DNA of 64,000 nt from Nitrosopumilus sp. (lineage in GTDB: Archaea; Thermoproteota; Nitrososphaeria; Nitrososphaerales; Nitrosopumilaceae), in assembly GCA_965249555.1 (NCBI GenBank), contig OZ252243.1, forward strand, positions 128,001-192,000. The letters are read 5' to 3'. A program made the translations under genes and the position numbers. How positions within the stretch are numbered: the first letter of the stretch is position 1; every line of letters starts with the position of its first letter. Below are positions 40,546 through 50,888 of the stretch, one piece after another. Under the pieces are notes generated by a model. That model searched no databases. It was not told the DNA's origin and worked only from the letters and a program-made list of their open reading frames with translations.

Positions 40546-41583
40546 TTATTTAATTCCAATTATTCCTTCTTGAATAAGAAATTTCAAAGAATTTACAAAT
40601 TCATATTCTGAAATCAAATCCTGTGACCACCATAATGCATTGTTTCTAATCCAATTAGGAATTTCATCTCCAGATACATCTCCAGAAGGGATATCTGAAA
40701 TCATGACGATGTTATTTTCTAGTAAAAATTCAATTCCAGATGCAAATGTAGAATCAGGAATTGCACCTGTTGCCCATTTTCCTGCATCAAGCTTCATTTC
40801 AGGAGGTAAAGGAACAGGATCTTCATAACCTAAAATATTGTAAATGGAGATATCTGAGAATTGAGAATCAAACCAAGATTTGTAATCAGGTTCATTATAA
40901 TATCGGTCAATATAGTATTGTGGTGATTTATCAAAAGATGGGAAACCATCAAGCGAAGTTGTTTTGTAGCCAACTACATCAGTAATAGAATTAAAAGGGA
41001 ATTGAGAATCAAACCAAGATTTGTAATCAGGTTCATTATAATATCGGTCAAGATAGTATTGTGGTGATTTATCAAAAGAGGGAAAATTTGGGATTTGGAA
41101 TTTTAGTGTAACAAAAGTAGATGAAGGTTCCAGAGTTGGTTCTGGAGTTGGTTCTGGAGTTGGTTCTGGAGTTGGTTCCAGAGTTGGTTCCAGAGTTGGT
41201 TCTGGATCCGGCGGAAGTGTAGTTGTAGAATATTCTTGGTATTCTATCGAGTTGTCCTTACTTCCATCATAGGTAACTGTTATCGGATAAGTGCCATCAG
41301 ACGACCAAGTAGGACCACCCACATGAAACACAGCTGAAAAACTGCCATCAGAATTTACAGGAACAGTGTTAAAATCTGCAAAATTTAATTTCTCAGGAGT
41401 AAAGATCTGAATAGTCACAAATGGAATATCGGGATCAAAAGAAACATTTCCAGAAATATTCAATTGATCATCCTTATGGTAAAGAGATTGATCAGTTGTG
41501 AAATCATATACTATTCCATACGCTGATGAAAAGCCCAGAGGGATTAGCAAAGATATGAAAAAAATTGAAAAATAACTATTCAT
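40546..41583 (-). CDS. Secreted thaumarchaeal protein with Pro/Thr linker and duplicated module
   Basis: Signal peptide; PEPT repeats; FPSFDKSPQYY.DRYYNEPDYKSWFDSQF twice; C-terminal IPNWIRNNALWW. Confidence 0.8.
   Translation of the reverse strand: MNSYFSIFFISLLIPLGFSSAYGIVYDFTTDQSLYHKDDQLNISGNVSFDPDIPFVTIQIFTPEKLNFADFNTVPVNSDGSFSAVFHVGGPTWSSDGTYPITVTYDGSKDNSIEYQEYSTTTLPPDPEPTLEPTLEPTPEPTPEPTPEPTLEPSSTFVTLKFQIPNFPSFDKSPQYYLDRYYNEPDYKSWFDSQFPFNSITDVVGYKTTSLDGFPSFDKSPQYYIDRYYNEPDYKSWFDSQFSDISIYNILGYEDPVPLPPEMKLDAGKWATGAIPDSTFASGIEFLLENNIVMISDIPSGDVSGDEIPNWIRNNALWWSQDLISEYEFVNSLKFLIQEGIIGIK
41126..41206. repeat. ~6.7 x 12-bp tandem repeat (PEPT/LEPT linker)
   Basis: ggttccagagtt and ggttctggagtt units. 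Confidence 0.9.
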
Positions 41584-41640
41584 ATTCTAAAAATCAATTT
41601 TCCACATAATTAAAGAATTCGTCAGATTGTTCAATTATAT

Positions 41641-42039
41641 TTAGTTGACATCAGTAAATATTTCAACAACTTTTTTGGCCAAGATCTCAATGTTGACAGT
41701 AGGTTCTGCAGATATCAGTAATAGAATTTGCGTGATAGGAAATGGGAAACTTACTAAAACCGCCTTGTCTCGTCTTGCAGCAAGATAATTAATCGGACCC
41801 AAGCTTGCATCTAGTTCTTTTCGAATAGATGCTTTTGAGACAAACTCAAAAAATGACTGTAATTTGGTTTCATCATTTTCATAAGGGGTAATTCCTTTTT
41901 TAAAACCACCTGCTACGAGTTTCCCATTTTCATTAACAATTCCTGCAAATCGGATCTCAGCTTCTTCAAGCAAGTGGTCGCATCTATCAGCATACAATTT
42001 CAAAGTAACATCAAGATTGGACATGACAAACTTATTCAA
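41641..42039 (-). CDS. Roadblock/DUF6659-like protein
   Basis: IRFAGIVNENGKLVAGG, LGPINY..ARRDK. Confidence 0.75.
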   Translation of the reverse strand: MNKFVMSNLDVTLKLYADRCDHLLEEAEIRFAGIVNENGKLVAGGFKKGITPYENDETKLQSFFEFVSKASIRKELDASLGPINYLAARRDKAVLVSFPFPITQILLLISAEPTVNIEILAKKVVEIFTDVN

Positions 42040-42083
42040 GATACCAAAAATAAAAACCTAGCCTATGAACGCATAGAATTTCA

Positions 42084-42929
42084 CTACAAATGACATTTTA
42101 ACAACACATAATCAATTATCTTCTCTTTTGATGCTTTTTTCATTTTTTGAATAGACTTGAAAAGAAGTGTTTCAACATATTGAGGATATTGTTGTAAAAT
42201 TAATTCTTTCAATTGTTTTCTTTTTTGAAGGTAATAATCAGCCAAAGGATCATAAACAAAAGAACCAATTAATTTTTCTTCAGAAATCGTAAATCCACCC
42301 AAAGTGATCACCTGCCGAATTTGTTCTAAACTATAATGTTCTGATGACCAAGTAAATTTTAAAATTCCTAATTTTGAAATCGAAGATGTATTTAGAGTAA
42401 CAGGAATTGCTAAAACAAGTAATCCAGAATTAGATAATACTCTTTTTGATTCAGAGATAAATTCTGAAATAGGTTTGAAATGTTGTGCCGATTCCAATGC
42501 CAAGACACGGTCGACAGAATTATCAGAGAAAGGCAGTTTTGTAGAAGATGAGTTGACGAATTCGATATTTCTTTGAGTACCTGAATAAAGAAGCTGAGAA
42601 TAATTGATATTTACACAATAGATTGACAGATTTTCAAAACTATCTCTCCAAAAAACTGCTGGCGCAGATAACCCACTTCCAACATCAACAATGGTTTTAG
42701 CAGTTTCTAGTTCTGCCATTTTTGCAAAACAGGAACACAGATTTTTTTGTGCAGAGATTGGATCAGAGTTTTCATTATTCCAGTATCCAAAATTTAACAT
42801 GGAACCACCAGTTGCAAGTTGCATTACAGGGGATAGTGTATTGTAAAGATTTACAACATCTTTTTCATTTCGACGAAGAGTCCATAGAAAAACATCAAGT
42901 GGGTTTATTGAGACCAAAAATAATTTCAA
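42084..42929 (-). CDS. SAM-dependent methyltransferase
   Basis: LNFGYW, VDVGSG, LPFSDNSVDRV, ESAQHF. Confidence 0.9.
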   Translation of the reverse strand: MKLFLVSINPLDVFLWTLRRNEKDVVNLYNTLSPVMQLATGGSMLNFGYWNNENSDPISAQKNLCSCFAKMAELETAKTIVDVGSGLSAPAVFWRDSFENLSIYCVNINYSQLLYSGTQRNIEFVNSSSTKLPFSDNSVDRVLALESAQHFKPISEFISESKRVLSNSGLLVLAIPVTLNTSSISKLGILKFTWSSEHYSLEQIRQVITLGGFTISEEKLIGSFVYDPLADYYLQKRKQLKELILQQYPQYVETLLFKSIQKMKKASKEKIIDYVLLKCHL

Positions 42930-42958
42930 ATTTATTTGAAACTAGAGACTAATAATTT

Positions 42959-43088
42959 TTAGGGTAATCCTTCTGAATCTTCAGCACAGTGCTTATGAAC
43001 AGTGCTCATCATTATTTTTAGTGATCTCTTTTCCAGGCTGAATCTTATCACCGCAAGATACACAGGATGTTGCAAATTTTGCTTTCAT
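42959..43088 (-). pseudogene. Small zinc-binding protein gene with an apparent frameshift
   Basis: MKAKFATSCVSCGDKIQPGKEITKNNDEH, then the frame switches to VHKHCAEDSEGLP*. Confidence 0.6.
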
Positions 43089-43175
43089 AGATGTTCATTT
43101 GGTACTGTAGCGTTGTCGTTACCTGAAATGTGGATCTTCTAAGGATTGAGATTTTACACAAGTCCTAAATGATGA

Positions 43176-43461
43176 TTATTGGTATTGACTCAAAGAGGCA
43201 TTTTGTATGATAGTTTTCCACTTGCTATTTCCATCTAGAACACCAGCACATTCAGCTGGGAGTCCTCTTGCCAATTCCACCGTGTTTCTTTGAGAAATTA
43301 TAATATGTCTGAAACCCATCAAAGAGAGGACTATCCATCTTCTTTATCCCCCTGTATGCAACCTCTCTATCCCTGATAGTTCCGTTTAGGCGTTCCATTT
43401 GATTATTATTTTTATCACCTTTCATGTGAATATGTCGGATATGTTCCGTATCTTTCTTATT
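43176..43461 (-). pseudogene. IS6-like DDE transposase C-terminal remnant (not in ORF track)
   Basis: Manual translation HIRHIHMKGDKNNNQMERLNGTIRDRE...YYNF...RTP / AECAG...KWKTIIQNASL, parallel to the 53890-54186 ORF. Confidence 0.8.
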
Positions 43462-43703
43462 CTGACAATCAAACTCACAAACAAAAGTTCATTTGTTGTG
43501 GAATAGGATCAAAAAAAGAGTCCAAAATAAAAGCATTGGAACTTGAACTTAAATTATTTACAGGAACAGACAAACTCATTTTTAAGAGAATCCAATAAGA
43601 CTAAAGATCAGATTCGAAAATTGAGATAGTCAAACTTTTCAATATTATATCGTAATAACCTAGTCTAACTACATATTTATCATTTACATTTCAAAAAAAT
43701 ACG

Positions 43704-44168
43704 TTGAATCAGCAGGTAGTAGATTTAGGTTTTATACTAAACCAAATTCAAGACTATGATTTTTCTATGGATAAATTTGAAGATAGATTGAAAATTCAAA
43801 AAACTCTCTACCTCCTGCAATCATTTGGAATTTATTTAGGATATGATTTTTCATGGTATCTTAGAGGACCGTACTGTACTTCTCTAACAACTAACGCACT
43901 TGCATTAGAAGATATTTATGATGATATACCAAACACTAAAGTAAAATTTAGAGATTCTGACAAACAAAAATTATTCATAAATTTTCTGAAACTAGTTAAA
44001 GGTAAGAATATAGATGAGTTGGAGATAATGGCTTTATTACATTATCTAAAACAAATTAAAAATGATGATGATAAAATCAAAAAAATGGTTGAGAATAAAC
44101 AAGTTAGATTTACCAAAGATCAAATCACCAATATGTGGAATGAGTTAAAAAAATGGAATCTGTTGTAG
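43704..44168 (+). CDS. YwgA/SocA(Panacea)-like protein
   Basis: RLKIQKTLYLLQ...YDFSWYLRGPY motif; ELEIMALLHYL. Confidence 0.65.
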   Translation: MNQQVVDLGFILNQIQDYDFSMDKFEDRLKIQKTLYLLQSFGIYLGYDFSWYLRGPYCTSLTTNALALEDIYDDIPNTKVKFRDSDKQKLFINFLKLVKGKNIDELEIMALLHYLKQIKNDDDKIKKMVENKQVRFTKDQITNMWNELKKWNLL

Positions 44169-44395
44169 AACAAACAGAGACATTGGATTTTTCTCGTCGA
44201 GTTAACTTTGACCTAAAAAATTATATTGACAGAGCTATGCTTCAAACTATCATAGATTCCAAAGAGGAAAATGACGGACCATTAAGAATTATAGAAAAAC
44301 CTCTATTCAAAGGAACCGAATTAGAAAAAACTATTGACAGACTTGCAATTAAACAATCAGTTTTAGTGTCTTTAATCTATAGAACAAAATCATAA
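44153..44395 (+). CDS. Hypothetical protein overlapping the YwgA-like gene
   Basis: 80-aa ORF with a 16-bp overlap. Confidence 0.5.
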   Translation: MESVVEQTETLDFSRRVNFDLKNYIDRAMLQTIIDSKEENDGPLRIIEKPLFKGTELEKTIDRLAIKQSVLVSLIYRTKS

Positions 44396-44401
44396 TTATA
44401 A

Positions 44402-44831
44402 AGATGGACGGATTTCCTGGCTTGGTTGATTGATTTTATCATAATTTCAATTATTTTAACATCAATAATTTTTGCATCATTTGGAACACTAGACTATGAG
44501 TATGACGAAGATATTTTTGGGCAGAAAGTACACAGTACATTCCAACAAGTATCTTGTTTTTTGCATATTGGGCAATTTTAGAGTATAAAACAGAGCAATT
44601 GGGAAAAAATTCTTAATTTGAAGGGGACTAATATCTATGGGAATAACCCTATCTTGAAAGGGATCATAATTGATAGTTTCGGAAAAGCATTTTTGCTACC
44701 AGTAGATATAGTTCTAGGCTGGATTTTAACTAATGAGAAACGCCAGAGTGTTTAACAAATTAGGAGATACACTTGTTGTAAAAATCAAGATTCCCGAAGA
44801 TGTCTCAGATATCAGTTATTCAAAAGACTAG
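44402..44831 (+). pseudogene. 5'-truncated, frameshifted RDD-family gene (diverged copy of 54870-55358)
   Basis: Collinear nucleotide similarity from agatggac... to ...tattcaaaagactag. Confidence 0.85.
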
Positions 44832-45290
44832 ATTTTGTCATATTTTGTTAAACAGTTACTTTGTAGGTTTAACCAACAGATCTATTAGCAACATTCAATC
44901 TTTTTTGGATAGAATGTCTGACAATAACAAACAGTGGTGGATAGGACTACCAGATGAACTGCAAAATGACATAGAGTTTGAAGAACAAAAGGAGTAATTC
45001 GGGTCACAGTAAGTTTCCCAGAAATTGGTAATTTTAGACAGGCAGTGTGATTCATAAATTTGATTGTAAAATATTAAAAGATACAGTAATGGCCAGAGCT
45101 GAGATGCCAACAAATGCTAAATATTTCCATATTGAATCAAATGATGAATAAAGTTTAAAAAAATATGCAGAAAAGAGGACATGTAAGTGCTAGACTTTGG
45201 TTTTTGATTAACTATCCTTACACTCTCTTGAAAGTTCAGAATTTATTGAAAACAATCTCGAACTTTCCAGTGTAATTCAAAATGTTAGTG

Positions 45291-45325
45291 AAAAATAAAA
45301 AAAAGACTAGTATTTTGAACTAGTA
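45291..45325 (-). terminator. Putative terminator after the microprotein
   Basis: Minus strand ACTAGT-tcaaaat-ACTAGT followed by CTTTTTTTTATTTTT. Confidence 0.5.
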
Positions 45326-45326
45326 T

Positions 45327-45416
45327 TTACTTACTTGGGGGATTATTCCCTCTGCCGCCACCAGAAGGATTACCAGTTTGACTGGGTCCGTTAGATGGAC
45401 CTTTACAATTAGTCAT
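45327..45416 (-). CDS. 29-aa Gly/Pro/Asn-rich microprotein MTNCKGPSNGPSQTGNPSGGGRGNNPPSK (not in ORF track)
   Basis: GC-rich ORF within AT-rich DNA; TATA-like CTTAATA ~28 nt upstream; hairpin plus T-tract downstream. Confidence 0.65.
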   Translation of the reverse strand: MTNCKGPSNGPSQTGNPSGGGRGNNPPSK

Positions 45417-45530
45417 ACAAAATTATACGTTAAAAAGTATTAAGTTGTTTCGGATCATTTACACTATTCAATCTTGGAATATTATTCCAGTATGATCTAA
45501 TAGAATAATGGCACTCAAGTTAACTGTGCA

Positions 45531-46661
45531 CTATTGAACTATAAACGCTGAATTTCTGTGAATCTCTATTGGAAAGTAAAAACCCAAGTCATCATAAATT
45601 TCCTCCAAAATAAAACCATCAATTTCATTAGGGGTATCATTTGTATTCTGATAGTACCCAGAATCTACACCTAAAAGTATAGTTAGAGTCTCCTCATCAA
45701 CAACAACAAAGACATAATCATCATCTATCATTTGGTCAGTGAGATAAGAATGAGCTTGATTCAAAAGAGATAGTTTTTCTGTATAATCTAATTTATTCCA
45801 TGATGGATTAGGCTCTTCTCTAAAGTAAGTTACATATGGCTCGTTTAATCCTGATATTCTTTGATTATTTTTTACTAATTCCCTACATTCATCATAATCA
45901 AATTGATGAAATCCAATATCATATTTTAACTGTTTTTCGCCATTTATGAAACATGAAAACTGTGTATCAGTTGATTCAAACTCTTTAAGATTATAATAAA
46001 ACACCATTACGGCTTTGTGTTTATTATTTATGATTTTTTCAGCTTTTATTGTAATTGAATTTATTGTGATATAATCTGCAGATATGATAGAATTTGGGTA
46101 AAGCTTGTCAAATTTTATAAAATCACTATTCTTTAGAGTCTCATTTATGAAAAATTCACTCATTTGTTTTTTTAACTCTAATTGTTTTTCTAGATTTATT
46201 TTATAGAATTCAAAGCTTCCAGCATCAAACAATAGTTCTTGACAATCTGAAACTAGGAGATATGACAGAATTCCTTCATGAAAAGAAGAATTACCATTTG
46301 GTCCACTACAATGTAACTCAAAATCTGGAAAATCTGAAAGTGAATAGTATGAAACTTCAAGTGATGATTGTACCCTCGTAACTTTATTATAATCAGTAAA
46401 AACAATTGTAAAATTATTTGGTGTATAATCAGCTAGATATGATGTGGCATTAGGGTATATTGTAAAAAATGTTTTAACTTCTTTTGTGTTTTCTGCCTGC
46501 TCTAACCAGTCTTCTGATGATTTTGTTTGAAATGAGAGATCCTTTACTACCACATTAATATCATGATAATTTCTAACTAATTCAAAGGTAACAAAAATAG
46601 ATGTAAAAATTATGGGAATTATTATTGAAGCTATTATTGTAATTTTTATATATTTATTCAT
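45531..46661 (-). CDS. Membrane-anchored extracellular hypothetical protein
   Basis: N-terminal TM helix; two loosely repeated segments with Cys pairs. Confidence 0.7.
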   Translation of the reverse strand: MNKYIKITIIASIIIPIIFTSIFVTFELVRNYHDINVVVKDLSFQTKSSEDWLEQAENTKEVKTFFTIYPNATSYLADYTPNNFTIVFTDYNKVTRVQSSLEVSYYSLSDFPDFELHCSGPNGNSSFHEGILSYLLVSDCQELLFDAGSFEFYKINLEKQLELKKQMSEFFINETLKNSDFIKFDKLYPNSIISADYITINSITIKAEKIINNKHKAVMVFYYNLKEFESTDTQFSCFINGEKQLKYDIGFHQFDYDECRELVKNNQRISGLNEPYVTYFREEPNPSWNKLDYTEKLSLLNQAHSYLTDQMIDDDYVFVVVDEETLTILLGVDSGYYQNTNDTPNEIDGFILEEIYDDLGFYFPIEIHRNSAFIVQ

Positions 46662-46704
46662 TATCTAACTAAAATATTCAAGTATTATACTATTATATTC
46701 TTGT

Positions 46705-47760
46705 ATGTATCCATGTGAATTGTTTTTATACATTTCCCACTTTTTTGCATCCCAAGGCATAGCCTTCGCTAGGGAATGCTTTCAATCAAAAGATGACGGA
46801 CATGTATCCATACGAGGCTTCTTCCTCAATGCTATCTTCATCCCTTCGTTAGAACCTATCCGCAGTTATCAACCGAGGCCTGTCCCTCAACATACAAAAC
46901 GCGACTTGCAGTCCTAACTGTAATTCTGTACAAATTCTCTCCTCTCTTTTAGCATCCAGTAAATCACTCGCAGAATCTTTGATGATGCGGCAACTGCGGC
47001 CTTTGATGATCCTCTCTTCTTTTTAATGCGATTGTAAAATTTTGTAATGTCACTGTTCTTGGCATGTATTGCATGAGAATGGACGCATTGGATAAGGACC
47101 CATCGTAGTGTCATGCTTCCCCTTTTGGTTATGCTGCCATGATGTATCGTGTCTGCAGAATTTCTGACTGATGGCACGACTCCTGCATATGCACATAACT
47201 TGTGAGAGTTGTTGAATCGGCTAATACCTGCAATTTCTGATGCGATAACTAGTGATTAGTCACCAATTCCGGGCATTGATTTTATTATCATGGCATCAGG
47301 ACTGGTCTTTACAGCAGGCATACACTCTTGAATCAATCTCTTCAATTTGCAGATTAAGATGGCCTATCTGTCGTACGAATCCGTCTATGCGATAGTCACC
47401 TAGTGAGGTGAGTCTTCTGTTGTATGTTACAGTGAACGTGACTCTTGGTATCTTGATTCCCTCCTGTAACAAAATTCCATGAACAGAATTTTTGAGAGAG
47501 GTTCTCCACTGAACGAGTTTTTTTCTGTATCTTACCAGTTGACGATGTTTTACTATTTTTTTGTTTGGAACATGGCATGTATCCTCCACGCAAAAGATCT
47601 GCTAGTATCATGGCATCAATCTTGTCTGTTTTTTTTGATGCAGCTATTGCTTTTGTAAGATATTGGTTTGACAGTATTACGTTTTTGTATCCCAATTCAT
47701 CTGTAAGAAATCTATACGTGTTATACCAAACTGATGATGATTCCATGACAATGTTTGCAT
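46705..47760 (-). mobile_element. Degenerate IS110-family element (5'-truncated, frameshifted recombinase plus 3' non-coding end)
   Basis: Fragments VMESS...KTDKIDAMILADLL, RQLVRYR..LV..RT.LKN, PSVRNSA...GSITKRG...LRWVL...A.VA...KIL..IY.ML. Confidence 0.88.
46715..46913 (-). ncRNA. Candidate IS110/IS1111 bridge (seek) RNA
   Basis: GC-richer ~200 nt downstream of the recombinase with hairpins (GCATTCCC-TAGC-GAAG-GCTA-...-GGGATGC; GAGG-aagaag-CCTC) and an internal copy of the element-end 10-mer. Confidence 0.5.
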
Positions 47761-48039
47761 GAATTGGTACCCGATAATCCATCTGATGATGAACTTCAAA
47801 GAATAACAAGTTTCTTCTTCTTTTTAAAATCACATGATGTGAATTATCGAAAAAATGCAAAATTTGAAAATATAATGTGTTATTTTAAAAAAGATTATTC
47901 TGTTGAAGAAAAAAATAAAATCTTCAATAGATTTAAAATAGTAGATGAATTGACAAATCCAGATAGAAATATTGAGGGAGAGGTTATTGATTCTATATAT
48001 CGTGTTTTAGAGAAAAAATCATGTCAGAAGAATTACTAG
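47755..48039 (+). CDS. Hypothetical protein, possibly a C-terminal fragment cut at the IS110 junction
   Basis: Start codon lies at the IS110 remnant boundary. Confidence 0.4.
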   Translation: MHELVPDNPSDDELQRITSFFFFLKSHDVNYRKNAKFENIMCYFKKDYSVEEKNKIFNRFKIVDELTNPDRNIEGEVIDSIYRVLEKKSCQKNY

Positions 48040-48605
48040 ATATTATTTTAAAAAGCATAACAATTCCCGTTGTTGTTGGACTTGGATTAACCATCCTAGG
48101 ACTTATTTTAACAATTAATTCTATTAGATATCATAAAACTCATACAAAGCCACTTCTTGACAGACTTGATAATTTTTTAATTAAAAAAGAAATTTTTGAG
48201 AGTAGATATTTAAATACAATATCGAATAAATTTCATGCAGCATCTAAACTACTTGACAGGATAATACGAATTGCAGATGATGAAATAAAAAATGAAACAG
48301 AAATACAATTATCTAAAAAAACACTATCAATAAATACATTAATTTCACAAATCATCACCATTAAAAATGAAAATTATATAATGATGAATGAGATTGAAAT
48401 AAAACCTACAATACTTCATGACATAATTGGATTAAATATTATATTGGATGGTCTTGTTGGCGTTATACAAGAATATATCAAGTATAATTCTACCTATCTA
48501 GGTTTATTTGATTACATAAAAAGTGATTATGATGAATTTAAACAATTGGAGAAAAACTTTGGCATTACAACAAAAAATATTTACAGTTCATTCGGAAAAA
48601 AGTAA
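48021..48605 (+). CDS. Single-TM hypothetical protein
   Basis: N-terminal TM and helical body. Confidence 0.6.
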   Translation: MSEELLDIILKSITIPVVVGLGLTILGLILTINSIRYHKTHTKPLLDRLDNFLIKKEIFESRYLNTISNKFHAASKLLDRIIRIADDEIKNETEIQLSKKTLSINTLISQIITIKNENYIMMNEIEIKPTILHDIIGLNIILDGLVGVIQEYIKYNSTYLGLFDYIKSDYDEFKQLEKNFGITTKNIYSSFGKK

Positions 48606-48732
48606 AAAAATAGATTTAGTGTTAATATTGATAATTACAGAAGATCGCCTAACAAAAGAAAAGTCCCTTAGCAAGTGTATTCAAATTATTTTTTGAAGAA
48701 TGTTTTTATTGTCTTTTTTTAGTGAATAAATA

Positions 48733-49458
48733 ATGCATGATTCTAATAATTCAAACACAAACAAATCAACAGATTCTAAAAATGAAAAAATACCATTGAG
48801 TAGATTTTGGGCTTGTTTCTTTTCATGTTCGATATTTGCATTATTTTGGATTATGAAAATGGAAAAAACTAGAAAGTGGATTCCAATGTTTATTTTTTTT
48901 ATTTTAATTCATTTTGTAATAGGTGAAACTCTATTATATCCAATTTTAAATGATGAGTATGTTTTACAACAATATTATGACATGGAAATACTTGAAACTT
49001 TTATGGATTATGGCATTATTCATATAGATGATGTATCGGATAATGCGTACCCTAAAGATTTGGTTGATTTTCTATCTTTAACTGCAATTGTTTTTTATTA
49101 TCTGATTGTCCCTATCGGTTCTTTTGTATTGGTTGTCGCTTTTATGTTCAAGTGGACTACACAATACAATCTAAAACATTTTGGATACAAGTCAAAAAAA
49201 GAATGGAAAAAATCATTAAATAATGATTACAATATCACACAATCAGTGAAAAAAGAATTAAAGATTATTGGTAATGAAATTACAGATGGTGTTGTAAATG
49301 TGGTATCAAAGCTAAAACCTAAAACAAAGACAGGAGAAGATGAAATAATTGAAAAAATTAACAAATACCATTCCCTGATGGAACAGGGTAAAATTACTAA
49401 ATCAGACTTTGAGAATAAAAAATCAGATCTATTGGATAAATCCTCAAAAATGAACTAG
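48733..49458 (+). CDS. Membrane protein with C-terminal SHOCT domain
   Basis: Three TM segments; IEKINKYHSLMEQGKITKSDFENKKSDLL. Confidence 0.75.
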   Translation: MHDSNNSNTNKSTDSKNEKIPLSRFWACFFSCSIFALFWIMKMEKTRKWIPMFIFFILIHFVIGETLLYPILNDEYVLQQYYDMEILETFMDYGIIHIDDVSDNAYPKDLVDFLSLTAIVFYYLIVPIGSFVLVVAFMFKWTTQYNLKHFGYKSKKEWKKSLNNDYNITQSVKKELKIIGNEITDGVVNVVSKLKPKTKTGEDEIIEKINKYHSLMEQGKITKSDFENKKSDLLDKSSKMN

Positions 49459-49518
49459 TGATCAAAAAAAGTTATGACAGTGTTACCCTTATCCAACATT
49501 GATTTGGGATTTGAATAA

Positions 49519-49941
49519 ATGGAATCTTTGCATAAAGTAACTCTAAAGTGTACTCTAAGATGTTTGCTTGGTTGTAACATTGGTGAAGTAACAGGCATGA
49601 TAATTGGCTCGCTACTAAGTTTAGATTTTATTTCAACTATAATTCTAGCAGTGGGACTGGCATTTATCACAGGTTATATTTTTACGATTGTGCCTCTGCT
49701 AAAAAAAATGTCTATACGACAAGCAGTAAAGGTTTCAATATCGGGAGATACTGCAAGCATTACAGCAATGGAAACTGCTGAAAATTCCATAGCATTTATA
49801 ATTCCTGGATTTATGGTGGCATCTTTGTTTGATTCTATCTTCTGGATTGGACTAGCAATAATGTTGCCATTTGGATTCCTAGCATCATATCCAGTTATGT
49901 ATTGGGTAATGAAACGGGATATGGGATGTACATTAAAATGA
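49519..49941 (+). CDS. DUF4396-like membrane protein
   Basis: TLRCLLGCNIGE, GDTASITAME, GFLASYPV.YW. Confidence 0.75.
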   Translation: MESLHKVTLKCTLRCLLGCNIGEVTGMIIGSLLSLDFISTIILAVGLAFITGYIFTIVPLLKKMSIRQAVKVSISGDTASITAMETAENSIAFIIPGFMVASLFDSIFWIGLAIMLPFGFLASYPVMYWVMKRDMGCTLK

Positions 49942-50888
49942 CAAAGTGTAAAATCCCTCACGATAACATTACAGTTTGTAAAGTATTTTCTAAATGTTAT
50001 TTTCCATTAGAACCATATCTTAATGGCTACAAATATTGCACTCACTGCAGTATTTTTTAAAACAAAAGAGTCCGTGTTGTAGTGTAATATTAAGAATCAG
50101 AACTAAAAAACTAACCATAAAAACCACAGTTAAGGAACAAACTAATTAATTCTTTAATCATCAAAGAATTATATGACCTTACAAATAACTGTCGCACCAA
50201 AACTGTATGTAGATGGTGATGAACTTAACATAGTAGGTGAAAACATTGATGATAACAGCAATCCAATATATGGTACTGCCATAATTCAGATACTTTTTGA
50301 TAATACTCTATAGTTGGAGTTGATCAATTCGATGTAGATACTAAAAGTTTTTCACGTGTAATTATTGTTGGGGGATTATCATACACAAAGTCAGAAACAT
50401 ATACTGTAAAAATATTTCTTGGCGGTAAACAAGTACTACATTTGAATTTCAAGATAGAGATGATACGGTATAGACCTACATCTCCAATTAAGGGATTACA
50501 TGTATTAGATTTTAAGGAGATCAAGGAAATTAATCCAGGAATGAAAAGCATTCATAGGGATGGTGATAATGTAAAATCTAATCTAGTTTTACGTGCTAAA
50601 TTTCAAACAAACCAAGGTAACAACATTGGATGACACTGTACCAACAATACAATTCACACGAGGTGCAGTTGTGTTTGTAACTGGAAATACCATAATTTTT
50701 GATGACAGTCAAGCTTCTATAATGTGATAAAGTGTATAGTATTGAAATTATAAGGTTATTTTTATGGAGACAAGTATTTTTAATATTTTAACACAGTTAC
50801 GGTTGATTCCATAACACAACACTATTCTTTAGATGATGTTCTAATTTTCCCAAAAATAATATTAACTATAATAAATTAAATACTCATC

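Noticed and set aside
42959-43088. Programmed frameshift in the small zinc protein
   Set aside because: No slippery sequence; a simple small indel (mutation or sequencing error) explains it
46705-46917. 70-aa plus-strand ORF
   Set aside because: Antisense to the IS110 3' non-coding end; no motif; better explained as structured RNA or element end
50170-50730. ORF fragments between the DUF4396-like and ParB-like genes
   Set aside because: Looks like an eroded gene but no family could be assigned by eye
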